Below are positions 11,030-21,958 of a stretch of 64,000 bases of DNA, piece by piece. Below the pieces are notes generated by a model. The model worked only from the letters and a program-made list of their open reading frames with translations. It did not search any database and had not been told where the DNA came from. The stretch is from Nitrososphaeria archaeon. GTDB taxonomy: Archaea; Thermoproteota; Nitrososphaeria; JACIWG01. Both the position numbers and the translations under genes were made by a program. The stretch covers positions 42,168 through 106,167 of the forward strand of contig CAVVXT010000005.1 of NCBI GenBank assembly GCA_963752255.1, in the 5' to 3' direction. Numbering within the stretch: position 1 is the stretch's first letter; every line of letters starts with the position of its first letter.

Positions 11030-12052
11030 TCATTTTAGTTCTTTTTGAACTTTTGTATGAAATTTTTTGAACCAGTTAAATCCGAACTTCTCCATTTGCA
11101 TCAAATACTTATCGTTGCCCTTTGGCATAAGGTCTGCGCGATAATGGAGAGTAAAATAATACTGAGCTGCATTAATGTAACCCTGCTTTCCAATTAGATC
11201 AAGACACTTTTTAGCAAATTTATCATTTTGAACTTTCCGACAGACTTTTTCAACGGTCTTAAGGCGCTCATCAGTTGTCTTTACCTTAATGTTCTCATAC
11301 TTGTGAGCGAAGGCCTCTATAAGCTCTTTATCAGTCAATTCGACGTACTCTTCAGAGTGAACGATAACGTCAACATCAAGCTTTTTTTGTGGCAAAAGCT
11401 TGCTGTGGGGGTATCCGAGACAGACCATAACAACGGGAAAGACCTTATCAGGTAACTTAATCATCTCTCTTATCTGGGAAAAACACTCTAATACAGAACC
11501 GATATAGACAGAACCTAGGCCCAATGAATCCGCAGCGGTACAGACGTTCTGAGCACATATTATAGTGTCTTGGAACGATACCCAGAAATGCCTAAAAGAG
11601 GACGCAGCAGTAAAGGGCGCAGCCTCAAGATCAGCCCATCTTTCAAGACGATGGAAATCAATACAAAAAATCAGCAAAACTGGTGCTTTGGCAATAAAAG
11701 CCTGTTCACATAACCTCGCCAATTCCTTCCTTTTTTCCCCCTCTATCTTTACAATAGAATAAGGTTGAAGATTGCCTGCAGAAGCAGAATGGGTTCCAGC
11801 TTTGAGAATAAGCCTCAAAATATCCTCAGGGACTTTTTTGTCTAAGAAGTCACGGACACTAGCCCTCTCGGAGAGAATCTTCATGGTCCTGTTTGGATAA
11901 TCATCAGCAAACTCATCCTTATTCTGGGACAACTTTCCATCATAGCTTAAGAATGGTTTATCCGCCATTTTACCAAAATGAACGATATAATGACCGTATT
12001 TAAGGCTTGAAACCTTCAACCAATAGGGAAGACCTGCAAAACATAATTTCAT
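11030..12052 (-). CDS. Nitroreductase family protein (true start probably near 11967)
   Basis: RASVRDF, ASAGNLQPY, LGLGSVYIG, CLGYP. Confidence 0.85.
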   Translation of the reverse strand: MKLCFAGLPYWLKVSSLKYGHYIVHFGKMADKPFLSYDGKLSQNKDEFADDYPNRTMKILSERASVRDFLDKKVPEDILRLILKAGTHSASAGNLQPYSIVKIEGEKRKELARLCEQAFIAKAPVLLIFCIDFHRLERWADLEAAPFTAASSFRHFWVSFQDTIICAQNVCTAADSLGLGSVYIGSVLECFSQIREMIKLPDKVFPVVMVCLGYPHSKLLPQKKLDVDVIVHSEEYVELTDKELIEAFAHKYENIKVKTTDERLKTVEKVCRKVQNDKFAKKCLDLIGKQGYINAAQYYFTLHYRADLMPKGNDKYLMQMEKFGFNWFKKFHTKVQKELK

Positions 12053-13065
12053 TTGTTTGCCTTAATATCATTTAATAAGTGCTTCACAGCGAAGTTCATC
12101 TTTCTTTCAACGTGTATATTGATGTCCTCATGCGCCATACCCGGGTACATCGCCAGTTCATTTCCTTCTGAACCCAAATGGTGGAATGCTGCGAAAACCG
12201 TTGAAGGCGGACACACGATATCTATTAGACCTACAGACATTAGGACAGGTACCTTAACTTTTGGTGCGAAGTTCATGGCGTCAAAGTAAGAGAGTGTTTC
12301 CATAACTTTTTCTTCATCTTCTGGATGTGTCTTTAGGTAATTTAGAATTTCGATGTACGGACCTGTTTCAGCAACGTATACAGCTCGATCAAAATGGCAG
12401 AGGTATGGCACACTCGGTAACGCAAGTGAGACATTATCGTGTAACGCTGCCGTCACTACAGTCAGTCCTCCACCCTGACTCACCCCTGAGACAGCGATCC
12501 TCTTCGTGTCAACATCCTCCCTTTTAGTGACATAGTCGGAGGCTCTGTAGCAGTCCATGAAGACATACCTATAATAGTATTTGTTTTTGTCTTGGATTCC
12601 CTTTGTCATGTTACCGGTAATATTCCCTACGTCATACATTGCGTGGTCCGGGGCTTCACCACCCTGTCCCCTAACATCTACCGTCAAAAAAGAGAAACCA
12701 AGGGTAATCCACCCTAAATAATCAGAAACCGTTCCTTTGCTGCCACTGTATCCGTGAATAAAAACCATCGCAGGCTTGGGTTCATTATCGTCTGCGGACT
12801 TTATGAAGTAACCAGTAATTGGAGTCCTATCTATAAAACCATCAAATATCAACTTGAAGACCACCACTTTCTTTGAGAAGAAATCTACTTTCTTTATTTT
12901 AGCATTTAGGGGCTGATCTTTCGCCCTCCCTATATTATCCCTCCAGAACCTTTCAAAGTCCTTTGTTTTTGTTAGCTTTGGCTTGTAAACCTTAAGTTCA
13001 TTTAACGGAAGATCAACTAATGGCATGAATTTTTCAGACGAGATTAAGTAGATAAGCTTTTTCAT
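12049..13065 (-). CDS. Acetyl xylan esterase / cephalosporin-C deacetylase (CE7)
   Basis: HGY, DVRGQG, GVSQGG, DIVCPPST. Confidence 0.9.
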   Translation of the reverse strand: MKKLIYLISSEKFMPLVDLPLNELKVYKPKLTKTKDFERFWRDNIGRAKDQPLNAKIKKVDFFSKKVVVFKLIFDGFIDRTPITGYFIKSADDNEPKPAMVFIHGYSGSKGTVSDYLGWITLGFSFLTVDVRGQGGEAPDHAMYDVGNITGNMTKGIQDKNKYYYRYVFMDCYRASDYVTKREDVDTKRIAVSGVSQGGGLTVVTAALHDNVSLALPSVPYLCHFDRAVYVAETGPYIEILNYLKTHPEDEEKVMETLSYFDAMNFAPKVKVPVLMSVGLIDIVCPPSTVFAAFHHLGSEGNELAMYPGMAHEDINIHVERKMNFAVKHLLNDIKANK

Positions 13066-13238
13066 CTAACCATAACTCCATAAAAAAGATTGTTTATAAC
13101 AAAAAATAAGTTAACATATGGAGGAAGTTATCTAAATGGAAATTTGACGAAATACTTTACGTTTTCCTTTTCATTCGTAATTAGTAGTTTATTTTCTAAT
13201 GTAGATTTTTTAGTGTTATTATTGATTTTATACCGCTA

Positions 13239-14388
13239 TTAAACCAGGTACGATTTGAGTCTTTCTTCATTTATGTTAAGGCCTAACCCAGCTCTGTTGT
13301 AGACGTCTACATACCCTTTGGAGAACTTCTCGATTTGTGTATCACAAATATCTTTCAGCTAGCGGGTTGGGGCTTTCCTTTATATCGTAAATCTCGTAGG
13401 TTGCGAATGTTTCTTTTGGCAACGATGCGGAGAGATGAATGCTTGCAGCCCTGCACCCTACACCGGACAAGCCGATATGAGGGGTGTACTGAACATTGAA
13501 GGTTCTGGCCAAGTTAGCTATCTTAACACATTCTGTAATTCCTCCCGCTCGGGCTATGTCTGGCTGTATTATGTCCAGGGCTTCGCCGACGATCAGATCC
13601 CTAAAGTCATATCTAAGATAATGAGACTCTCCTCCACAAATTGGAATATCAAGTTTTCTCTTCAGCTGTCTGTACCCTTCTATATCGTATGGCGGCATCG
13701 GTTCCTCGAACCATGAGATGTCAAGACTTTTAAGAATCTTGCCAAGCTTCAATGCCTTACTATAGTTATAGGCTGAATTTGCATCCACCATTATTTCGAT
13801 ATCGTTCCCAACCTCCTTTCTAATCGCTTTCAGGTTTTCTCTATCTCTTTCAACGCCCATACCAACTTTGACTTTTATCTGATCGTGCCCTTCATCCGCC
13901 CACTCTTTAGCCCTTTTAGCCATCGTTTCAGGCTTTCCGAAGACTATTGATGACGCATACGCCTTTAGCCTGTCTTGGAACTTTCCTCCTAAAAGGCTAT
14001 AGACAGGCTGCTTGAGTATCTTCCCTTTTAGATCCCACAGCGCTATATCGATGCCTGACAGAGCTTCCACGAAATAGCCCTTAAGATGCCCCCTTGTTTT
14101 AAGGGTGGAGAACATTTCCTCCCATATGACCTCAATATCCATAGGGTCTTTACCAACGACGATTCCTTTGAGCAGTTTATCAATTATCTGTGCTGTGGCC
14201 TGGGGTACTTCTCTGACGAGACTTTCACCGAAACCTGTTTCCCCTTCGTCTGAACTTACCTTTACGAAGCATGATGCGTATCCTTTCCTAACCTTTTTCG
14301 CTAGGTCGTCTTCGTATGGCAGGTATCCGCTGATCGCTGTCTTTGCTTCAGCATACACCGGATATGATTGTACATCAACTATCTTCAT
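13239..14388 (-). CDS. Mandelate racemase/muconate lactonizing enzyme family; C-terminal frameshift near 13345
   Basis: SGIDIALWDL, KVK, DAN, WFEEP, GES, QPD; C-terminus AGLGLNINEE continues in another frame to 13239. Confidence 0.85.
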
Positions 14389-14480
14389 ATCTCGCTAACT
14401 CAGTCTGCTGTTAAACGACGAATTCTTTAATCTTTCTTAAGCGACTTATAAGCCGCCGAAATAAAGAGATTCTTGGTTGT

Positions 14481-15389
14481 TTATATTTTGTTTGCCGAAC
14501 CTTCGATATGATACACATCACATATTATTTCCCTAATCTTCTCTGAAACCTGACTTCTAGCATTCTCAATATTGTCAGGATGAGTTTTTATAGCCCTCTC
14601 GTAGGCCTGCCTAATATCTGTGCCGATATTTATTTTGGTTATACCATTTTTTATAGCCTCAAGGACGTATTCGGTTTTTATTCCAGACCCCCCATGCAGC
14701 ACTAGAGGGATCTTAGTCTTCTGGCTTAACTTTTTTAGGTGGTCGATGTTCAATCTTGCCTGAACTTTATCCTTGTCCTTTGCTGCCCCGCTTATGGCCC
14801 CATGAATGTTGCCGATTGCCACCGACAGCCAGTCTATCTTTGTTTCATTCACGAATTGAACTGCCTCGTCTATGCTAGTAAATCCTATTCCCTTTGCGTA
14901 AATTTCGTCGTAGGACATCGAAAGCTGTTTTTCATGCCCCATTACGGCACCAAGTTCAGCCTCAGCCGGCTTTTTCGCGTCATGTGCCATAACAGCTACC
15001 TGTCTGGCAACATCAAGATTCTCGTTAAATGACAGACGTGAACCGTCTATCATTACAGAATCGTACCCTGCATCTATTCCTTTCTGAATCAGACTCTTCC
15101 AGTCAACTGCTGCTCCATCTTCATCTATTACTGGGATGTGGTCTTGGTGCAATCTAGTAAATTTTGGATTTTTATAGACATCATATTCTTTCGCCACCGC
15201 TTCAAAGCTTTTAGCCTGAAATTTTTCAACTTCAAGTCTTGCTACTTCAACTAGACCGAAGGTCTGGTGCTTAACTAGGGTTTCAACTATTGGCTTAACC
15301 ATTGGAAGATAGGCTACATTAAACGCCGGAACGAGTATTTTCTTGTAGTAGGCTCTTTTCATTATTTCGGAAACGTTAAGAGATTCCAT
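14481..15389 (-). CDS. Class II fructose/tagatose-bisphosphate aldolase
   Basis: HQDH, SVMIDGS, EAELG, GNIHG, LVLHGGSG, KINIGT. Confidence 0.9.
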   Translation of the reverse strand: MESLNVSEIMKRAYYKKILVPAFNVAYLPMVKPIVETLVKHQTFGLVEVARLEVEKFQAKSFEAVAKEYDVYKNPKFTRLHQDHIPVIDEDGAAVDWKSLIQKGIDAGYDSVMIDGSRLSFNENLDVARQVAVMAHDAKKPAEAELGAVMGHEKQLSMSYDEIYAKGIGFTSIDEAVQFVNETKIDWLSVAIGNIHGAISGAAKDKDKVQARLNIDHLKKLSQKTKIPLVLHGGSGIKTEYVLEAIKNGITKINIGTDIRQAYERAIKTHPDNIENARSQVSEKIREIICDVYHIEGSANKI

Positions 15390-15477
15390 AATATATTCAT
15401 TATATATCCGCGCAGCTAGGATATTAGTTTAACTCAAAAATGATAACCAATCTCTTGAATCATACAGATATGATAGC

Positions 15478-16656
15478 TTATTTTTCCAATTCTTTTATTG
15501 CTCTTTCAATTCTCGTCAAAGCCTTTGTAAGGATTGATCTTGGGCACGCGATATTCATTCTTTGGAAACCTTCTCCTCCAGGGCCGAATATTTGCCCATC
15601 ATCTAAACCAACCTTCGCATTCCTAATCATAAAATCATTCAGTGCTTTCGGATTCATCTTCAAATTTTTGCAATCGAGCCACATAAGATAAGTTCCTTCC
15701 AGTTTGACGGGCCTTATTTCTGGAACCCTTTCCTTAAGATATTCTGTTAGATAATCAACGTTCCCTTGTATGTATTCTAGCATTTGTTCAAGCCACTCTT
15801 CGCCATACATATATGCTGCTTCAGATGCAACCACTCCGAACACATTAGCAAATTCTAGGCCAACGTTCTCCACGGCGATTTTAAACTGTGAGAGAAGTTT
15901 TGGATTCGATGCTATTACAGTCGAATTAGCTAGCCCCGCCAGATTAAAAGTCTTGCTTGGAGCCTCAAAGGTTAGAGTGATATCAGCTATATCGCTAGAG
16001 GTACTCGCTGTTGGAATATGTTTGTAGCCCTTTAAAATAAGATCGGAGTGTATCTCATCAGAAAGAATTATAACGTCGTTCTCGAGACAAAGTTTACCAA
16101 GTTTAGATAGTTCTTCACGTGTCCACACTCTACCAACCGGATTATGGGGGCTACATAAAATAAGCATCTTCACCCTCTCATCGAACCTACCTTTAAGATC
16201 GCCAAAGTCCATCTCATATTTCCCATTTTCGTACTTAAGTTCATTTATGACAATTTGACGACCATTGTTCCTTATGGCCTTAAAGAATGGGTGGTACACC
16301 GGAGGTTGTATAATGATTTTATCACCTGGATGAGTAAATGCTCGGATAGCTAGGTTGACAGAAGGTACAACACCAGGTGAATACTCAATCCATTCAGGTT
16401 TAATTTTCCACTGATGCCTTTTCTCCATCCAGCCTACGATGCTTTTATAGAATGAGGGAGATCTTATCGTATAGCCGTAGATTCCGTGTTCGGCACGCTT
16501 CTTTAACGCGTCGATGACAGGCGCAGGTGAAAGAAAGTCCATGTCAGCGACCCACATCGGTATGATATCTTTTGTACCAAACCTCAACTCTAAGCAGTCC
16601 CATTTATAGGAATCCGTCCCCTCTCTCGTAATGTAACGGCTAAAGTCGTATTTCAT
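15478..16656 (-). CDS. MalY/PatB PLP-dependent cystathionine beta-lyase/aminotransferase
   Basis: MWVADMDF, LCSPHNPVGRVW, SDEIH, PSKTFNLAG; start set at MKYDF. Confidence 0.9.
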   Translation of the reverse strand: MKYDFSRYITREGTDSYKWDCLELRFGTKDIIPMWVADMDFLSPAPVIDALKKRAEHGIYGYTIRSPSFYKSIVGWMEKRHQWKIKPEWIEYSPGVVPSVNLAIRAFTHPGDKIIIQPPVYHPFFKAIRNNGRQIVINELKYENGKYEMDFGDLKGRFDERVKMLILCSPHNPVGRVWTREELSKLGKLCLENDVIILSDEIHSDLILKGYKHIPTASTSSDIADITLTFEAPSKTFNLAGLANSTVIASNPKLLSQFKIAVENVGLEFANVFGVVASEAAYMYGEEWLEQMLEYIQGNVDYLTEYLKERVPEIRPVKLEGTYLMWLDCKNLKMNPKALNDFMIRNAKVGLDDGQIFGPGGEGFQRMNIACPRSILTKALTRIERAIKELEK

Positions 16657-16828
16657 ATAGGGAATTGCCTTTTGCTTCCAATAATTAAAGTTTTTATTCT
16701 CATAGACGTTTTTCACAGCTTCGATTAAATAATTTAATATTATACCATTATTAAACGATTTAAAGCTGCAATAGATTAAAAAAAACGTACTTAAAGAAAT
16801 CATTATAAATTATGGAGTATTATAATAA

Positions 16829-17338
16829 TTGGTTAATATGACAGCTCTAAAAGTTGAGAAAAGGAAGCCTCTTCCACGCAGTTTTCTGAAAGCGGGTGTT
16901 AAAGCACCAGACTTCAGTCTAAAGAGCACTTCCGACAAAAACGTTAGCCTGAAAGATTACCGTGGCCACACGTTGATTCTGCTCTTCTATCCGGCCGATT
17001 TTAGCCCGGTATGCAGTGATGAACTGCCACTCTATAGCGAGCTCATACCCGAATTTCGTCGATTTAATGCGGAGGTGGCGGCGATATCTGTTGATAATAC
17101 ATGGAGCCATCTCGCCTTTGCACGAGATAGAAACCTATCCTTCCCTCTGCTTTCCGACTTTGAGCCAAAAGGTAAGGTATCCAGAGAATACGGTGTATAC
17201 CAGAAAGAAAGTGGCCACAGCGGACGAGCAATATTTGTGATCGACAGCGAGGGGATCATAAGGTGGAGTTATGTAGTGCCAAATAACGTCAATCCGGGTG
17301 CTGACGGCGTGTTGAAGGCTCTAGAGGAAATGGAATAG
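16829..17338 (+). CDS. Peroxiredoxin (AhpE-like, 1-Cys)
   Basis: FYPADFSPVC, LLSDF. Confidence 0.85.
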   Translation: MVNMTALKVEKRKPLPRSFLKAGVKAPDFSLKSTSDKNVSLKDYRGHTLILLFYPADFSPVCSDELPLYSELIPEFRRFNAEVAAISVDNTWSHLAFARDRNLSFPLLSDFEPKGKVSREYGVYQKESGHSGRAIFVIDSEGIIRWSYVVPNNVNPGADGVLKALEEME

Positions 17339-17360
17339 GTTAGAAGGTAGGTTCTGACTT

Positions 17361-17912
17361 ATGGAAGTAAAAATAACCAGGCTTACAATACCTGTCGGAG
17401 AACGTGACCATGTAAATGGACCACTGAACGCTCCTGTAACACTGGTGGAATATGGTGACTTCGAATGCCCGCACTGTGGGAGGGCTTACCCCATAGTTAA
17501 GCAGTTGCAGGAGCATCTGGACGGGAAACTGAGGTTCGTATTTCGTCACTCACCGATCTCAACCGTACATTCCCACGCTAAGAAAGCGGCTGAAGCAGCT
17601 GAAGCGGCCGGCTCTCAGGGAAAATTTTGGGAAATGCATGATCAGCTCTTTGAACACCAAGATGCGCTTGATGATGAAAACCTGAGACGATATGCTATAG
17701 CTGTAGGCCTTAACATCAAAAGATTCGATCAGGAGATGTATTATCATCTTTACGAGCCAAAAGTGCATGAAGATTTCATCAATGGCGTGAAGAGTGGTGT
17801 GAACGGCACTCCTACGTTCTTCATAAACGGGCTAAGGTATAATGGCCCTCCATCCTTTGAAGCTCTTCTGGAAGCAATAATGAAAGAAATTAACACAGAA
17901 GAGAAAAAATAA
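17361..17912 (+). CDS. DsbA-family thioredoxin-fold protein
   Basis: EYGDFECPHC, GTPTFFING. Confidence 0.9.
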   Translation: MEVKITRLTIPVGERDHVNGPLNAPVTLVEYGDFECPHCGRAYPIVKQLQEHLDGKLRFVFRHSPISTVHSHAKKAAEAAEAAGSQGKFWEMHDQLFEHQDALDDENLRRYAIAVGLNIKRFDQEMYYHLYEPKVHEDFINGVKSGVNGTPTFFINGLRYNGPPSFEALLEAIMKEINTEEKK

Positions 17913-17924
17913 TGCTTAGATGTT

Positions 17925-18167
17925 CTAATCGACTTTTTCGACCGTTATCGCTTGTACCGGACAGACGTCAGCTCCTTCCTTGGTGCACTGGTAGAGTTCG
18001 TCGGGTATGATTCCTGTCGATAGATCGTCGGTTGTTTCCTTAGAGTACTGTTCTATAACCCTATTTTTACCGTTATCGTCCGCTAGGTAGAAGAGTTGGG
18101 GACACGCTGTTGTAGCTGCCCCACAGGCGATACATAGATTTCTATCTATAGTTATCTTATATGGCAT
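17925..18167 (-). CDS. Single-cluster ferredoxin
   Basis: CIACGA...CP...CPVQAI; start set at MPYKIT. Confidence 0.85.
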   Translation of the reverse strand: MPYKITIDRNLCIACGAATTACPQLFYLADDNGKNRVIEQYSKETTDDLSTGIIPDELYQCTKEGADVCPVQAITVEKVD

Positions 18168-18687
18168 AAATAAAAAGAAAGCATCCTCGTTAATATATTT
18201 TATCTTGTTAATCGGCTCACTATGCGACTTGTTTTCTAACATAACCCTTCTCGGCGACATCTGTAAACTGGTTAGGATGTAGGTTACGAAGAATGCTGCT
18301 GTTTTTACCATACACCTGAGTGATAAAATCGAGCAGGATATTCCATTCAGCTATTTCATCATAGAGACCTGAACTTATTCAATAGATTGGGATAGGTTTC
18401 TAAGGAAAGGTGAACATCTTTAAGCCTAACAGATGCTAAGGCAAAAAAAGACCTAAGTTTGCATTAGGTAAAGCCCTTCTGACTTGTAATCCTCTGAATT
18501 CCTTTATAGATACACTGTACATAATTTTGAACAAATAGGAGGATACTAAAAGAAATGTCCGAAAAGTAAAGGTAGTTGAGGTTGCATTATTGTTAGTGGC
18601 TCTGTTACCATGCCAACTGATGGTGAACCAATCGTATTGGTTTAGTTGATGAAAACATATATAACAGAAACTTAGAAGACGATTACA

Positions 18688-19908
18688 TTGAAGCAACGTA
18701 GAATACTGGCTATGTTAAGCATTTTTGGACCAGCCATTTTGGTTTCAGTTGAACTGTTCAATCCAGCTAGTATTGTTGCCGCTACAGCTGCTGGCGCTTC
18801 AGTTGGTCTCGTAGTGTTATGGGCTGCCTTCTATTCAGGCATTATGCTCATAGTAATACAGGAAATAAGTGCGAGACTAGGAGTTGTCACGGGAAAGACT
18901 TTAGCAGAGAATATTCGCGAGAGATATGGTGCTAACTTCTCCCACATACTTTTTATTCCCTCTATATTTTTAGACATGTCAACTTTGACTGCCGAGGTTA
19001 TGGGTTTAAGTTTGGCAATTTCTTTTTTCTTTAAAGCACCATATTCGATAGCGATGATCGTTTCTGTTCTATTAACCACAATATTATTTAATATAGGCTC
19101 CTACAGCAAGTTAGAAAAAATAATAATGTTCCTTGTAACAACCATTTTCCTTATCTACTTCTATTTTCTTTTGTACGTTAACCTACCTTTATCGAACATT
19201 GTCATCGATTCTATAATACCTTCTTTCAAAAGTAACTCATTCTATTATGCCGAAGCCATAATTGGTGCGTCAATCATGCCAACCTACGTTATATTACACA
19301 GTGGGTTGGTTTATGAAAAAGGATGGGTTCATCACCACCAGCTCCCATTGGAGAGCTTGGAGGAGGATAGAAAAAATATTAGAAGCGAAAGAGTGGATTC
19401 CGTTTTTGGTTTACTGATGGGTACAGTTTTGAATATTGTGATAATAGCGTGCGCAACAGCGTTTTTAAGCGGAAGTGGAGTAAACAATTTTTCAGATTTA
19501 GCTCAACCATTTGGCGACAAACTTGGAAGCTTTGGCCTAACTCTATTTACCATAGCATTTGCTTCTGCAGGTGTCTCAGCAATTATAACAGTTGGTTTAG
19601 CTAGTGTCTACAATACTTTCGGATTTTTGGGCTTTCAAGAACGTATGACCAAAAAGAAGTTTAAAATGACATACGTAATTTGGGTTATAATTGCAGGTAT
19701 CGCATCCCTTCTACCCAACAAAATAGAGTTCATCGTGTTAACCCAATATCTTAACGGCGCCATGCTGCCATTTGTGCTGATACCTCTGGTACTTATCACT
19801 AGGAATGAGAAGGTCATGGGTAAGAACAAAATTGGCGTATTGATAAGTGCTTTTGCTTTGGCTACGGTCTCGATCACAACCCTTCTTTTTTTGATGACAA
19901 TCATCTAG
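18688..19908 (+). CDS. Nramp-family divalent metal transporter
   Basis: ARLGVVTGK, GASIMP...LHS, multiple TM helices. Confidence 0.85.
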   Translation: MKQRRILAMLSIFGPAILVSVELFNPASIVAATAAGASVGLVVLWAAFYSGIMLIVIQEISARLGVVTGKTLAENIRERYGANFSHILFIPSIFLDMSTLTAEVMGLSLAISFFFKAPYSIAMIVSVLLTTILFNIGSYSKLEKIIMFLVTTIFLIYFYFLLYVNLPLSNIVIDSIIPSFKSNSFYYAEAIIGASIMPTYVILHSGLVYEKGWVHHHQLPLESLEEDRKNIRSERVDSVFGLLMGTVLNIVIIACATAFLSGSGVNNFSDLAQPFGDKLGSFGLTLFTIAFASAGVSAIITVGLASVYNTFGFLGFQERMTKKKFKMTYVIWVIIAGIASLLPNKIEFIVLTQYLNGAMLPFVLIPLVLITRNEKVMGKNKIGVLISAFALATVSITTLLFLMTII

Positions 19909-20129
19909 GACAATTATATTTGTATATGAATCTGAATAGATGCCCTCCAACTTATACGCTGACCCATAAATCAGTTTTACCGTATTGACAATAATCTTTG
20001 CAGGGACTTACAAAGAAGAAAGATCATAGTCCTCAACATCAGTCTTATAGGATTGTTTGAAAAAGAAATTTAAACTTGGCTCTTAGATATCCTAACATAT
20101 AAGATTAAACTAAATATAGCGGTGAGAAG

Positions 20130-21119
20130 TTGGGAGACAAACATTTCACTTACGTTACGAACAACCTTGAAGAAGTTTGTTTCAAACTTCGATTTTTGTT
20201 AGAAAATGCTGTGAGGAAGGATTTGGCCGAAGGAATTCTTCTATCCGGAGGGTTGGACACGAGTATTCTTGCAGTCATAGCATCAAAGTTCATTCCTTTG
20301 AAAGCTGTTACCGTTGCTTTTCAAAATGCACCAGCACCAGATGTTAAATACGCAACCTTAATAGCTAATAAATTAGGACTTAAACATAACATTCATACCT
20401 TTAGCGTAGAAGAATTATATGATACCATTCCAATTGTTGTAAAGTCGTTAAGGTCTTTCGATCCGATGGAAATACGCAACAGCATAACAATCTATGTCGG
20501 CTTGAGGGTGGCAAAAGAGTATGGAGTATCCACGGTTATGACAGGAGATGGATGTGATGAGCTCTTAGCTGGATACAGCTTTCTTTTCAGTCTGGAGAAA
20601 GAGCAACTTGATTTAGAATTGGAAAAATTGTGGAGTGTGATGGCTTTTTCATCCATCCCGCTTGCAAAAGTTCTTGGGATGGAGGCGAAGCTTCCCTATC
20701 TCGATCCCGACTTCAAAAATTTTGCCATAAAAATAGATTCACGATATAAGATTGGAGTAAAGAATGGGCAGGTTTATGGCAAGTGGATTTTGCGTAAAGC
20801 ATTCGAAGGGTCCTTGCCAAAAAAAATCGCGTGGAGAATCAAAACTCCAATAGAGTACGGTTCTGGAACAACCATGCTTACAAACTTCTTCAATCAGAAA
20901 ATTACTGATTTAGAGTTTGAGAGTAAGAGAAAGAAGTATCTTACCGAGGATAGGGTAACGATCCGTGATAAGGAGCAACTTTTCTACTATGAGGCCTATA
21001 AGTTAGTAGTAGGTATACCGCACACAACCAGTATAGAAGGAAAGATATGCCCCCAATGCCACTCTAATATTCCTGAAAAAGCCACCTACTGCCGGACATG
21101 TGGAGCATACCCCATATAG
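20130..21119 (+). CDS. Asparagine-synthase C-terminal-domain protein with terminal zinc ribbon
   Basis: LSGGLDTS, GDGCDELLAGY, LPYLD, KWILRKAF, CPQC...CRTC. Confidence 0.8.
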   Translation: MGDKHFTYVTNNLEEVCFKLRFLLENAVRKDLAEGILLSGGLDTSILAVIASKFIPLKAVTVAFQNAPAPDVKYATLIANKLGLKHNIHTFSVEELYDTIPIVVKSLRSFDPMEIRNSITIYVGLRVAKEYGVSTVMTGDGCDELLAGYSFLFSLEKEQLDLELEKLWSVMAFSSIPLAKVLGMEAKLPYLDPDFKNFAIKIDSRYKIGVKNGQVYGKWILRKAFEGSLPKKIAWRIKTPIEYGSGTTMLTNFFNQKITDLEFESKRKKYLTEDRVTIRDKEQLFYYEAYKLVVGIPHTTSIEGKICPQCHSNIPEKATYCRTCGAYPI

Positions 21120-21958
21120 CGAAAGTTGTTCGACCTTCTCCCGCCCAATATAATCTTACAACTCTTTATGATTATATTAGTATCTAAAAAATGCTTTAAG
21201 CGAAAGAATTCTTCCGTTCTTATAGTGTCAATAACGCCTTTGGCATTAGGCCATCACTTTTCAGACGGACTATATGATACTATATCTAATCGTTTTGTTA
21301 ACTATATCTTTTTATTATATACTTATTTATGCTCTAAAACACATGAAACGATTTTTAAAGCCTTCTAAAATACTCTATAGGATATTTACTTATCACGGTT
21401 AAAACAGCATTCTATCAAGGCACCTTATTCGATTAAAAAAGGGTGGTTTTCTAATTGGAATTTCTTTAATTCATATAGGAAAATAGCAGACATGAAGGAA
21501 GTTATTAGAAGGGTTTCTATTAGACTAGGATCCATTAAATTAATTTTATTGACTATTAAGTTATTTAGAAATAGACTATAAGATAGAGAAACTAATGTGG
21601 AAGTTCCGCCATACTAATCAATTATTATTACAAATCTATATCATAAAAACCTATCCAAACGTCCATTTTCTTATCATTTCAAGCCAAAAACAGGGCATTT
21701 CCTAGACCATTTCAGACAGTAGAACTTCGTAGGTTGCCGAGAGTTTCCAGGTGTTATATCTACTAAATTAGTGTCTAAATTGAGTGTAAACCCGCTATTA
21801 GCTGCAATAACTAAAGCAACTTCTGCTATCCTAAGCTCGCTTAGTATTTCAAAAAAGAAGAAATCATAAAATATCAAATGAAGTATCTTTTAGTGATTTG
21901 GTTAAAGAAAATAGGCGTAGATGTATAATTACGTAAACGTATAATTGCATTTATATTT

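Noticed and set aside
21120-21958. Long AT-rich gap as a possible origin or ncRNA
   Set aside because: No ORB-like repeats, no adjacent orc1/cdc6 and no stable GC-rich stems seen.
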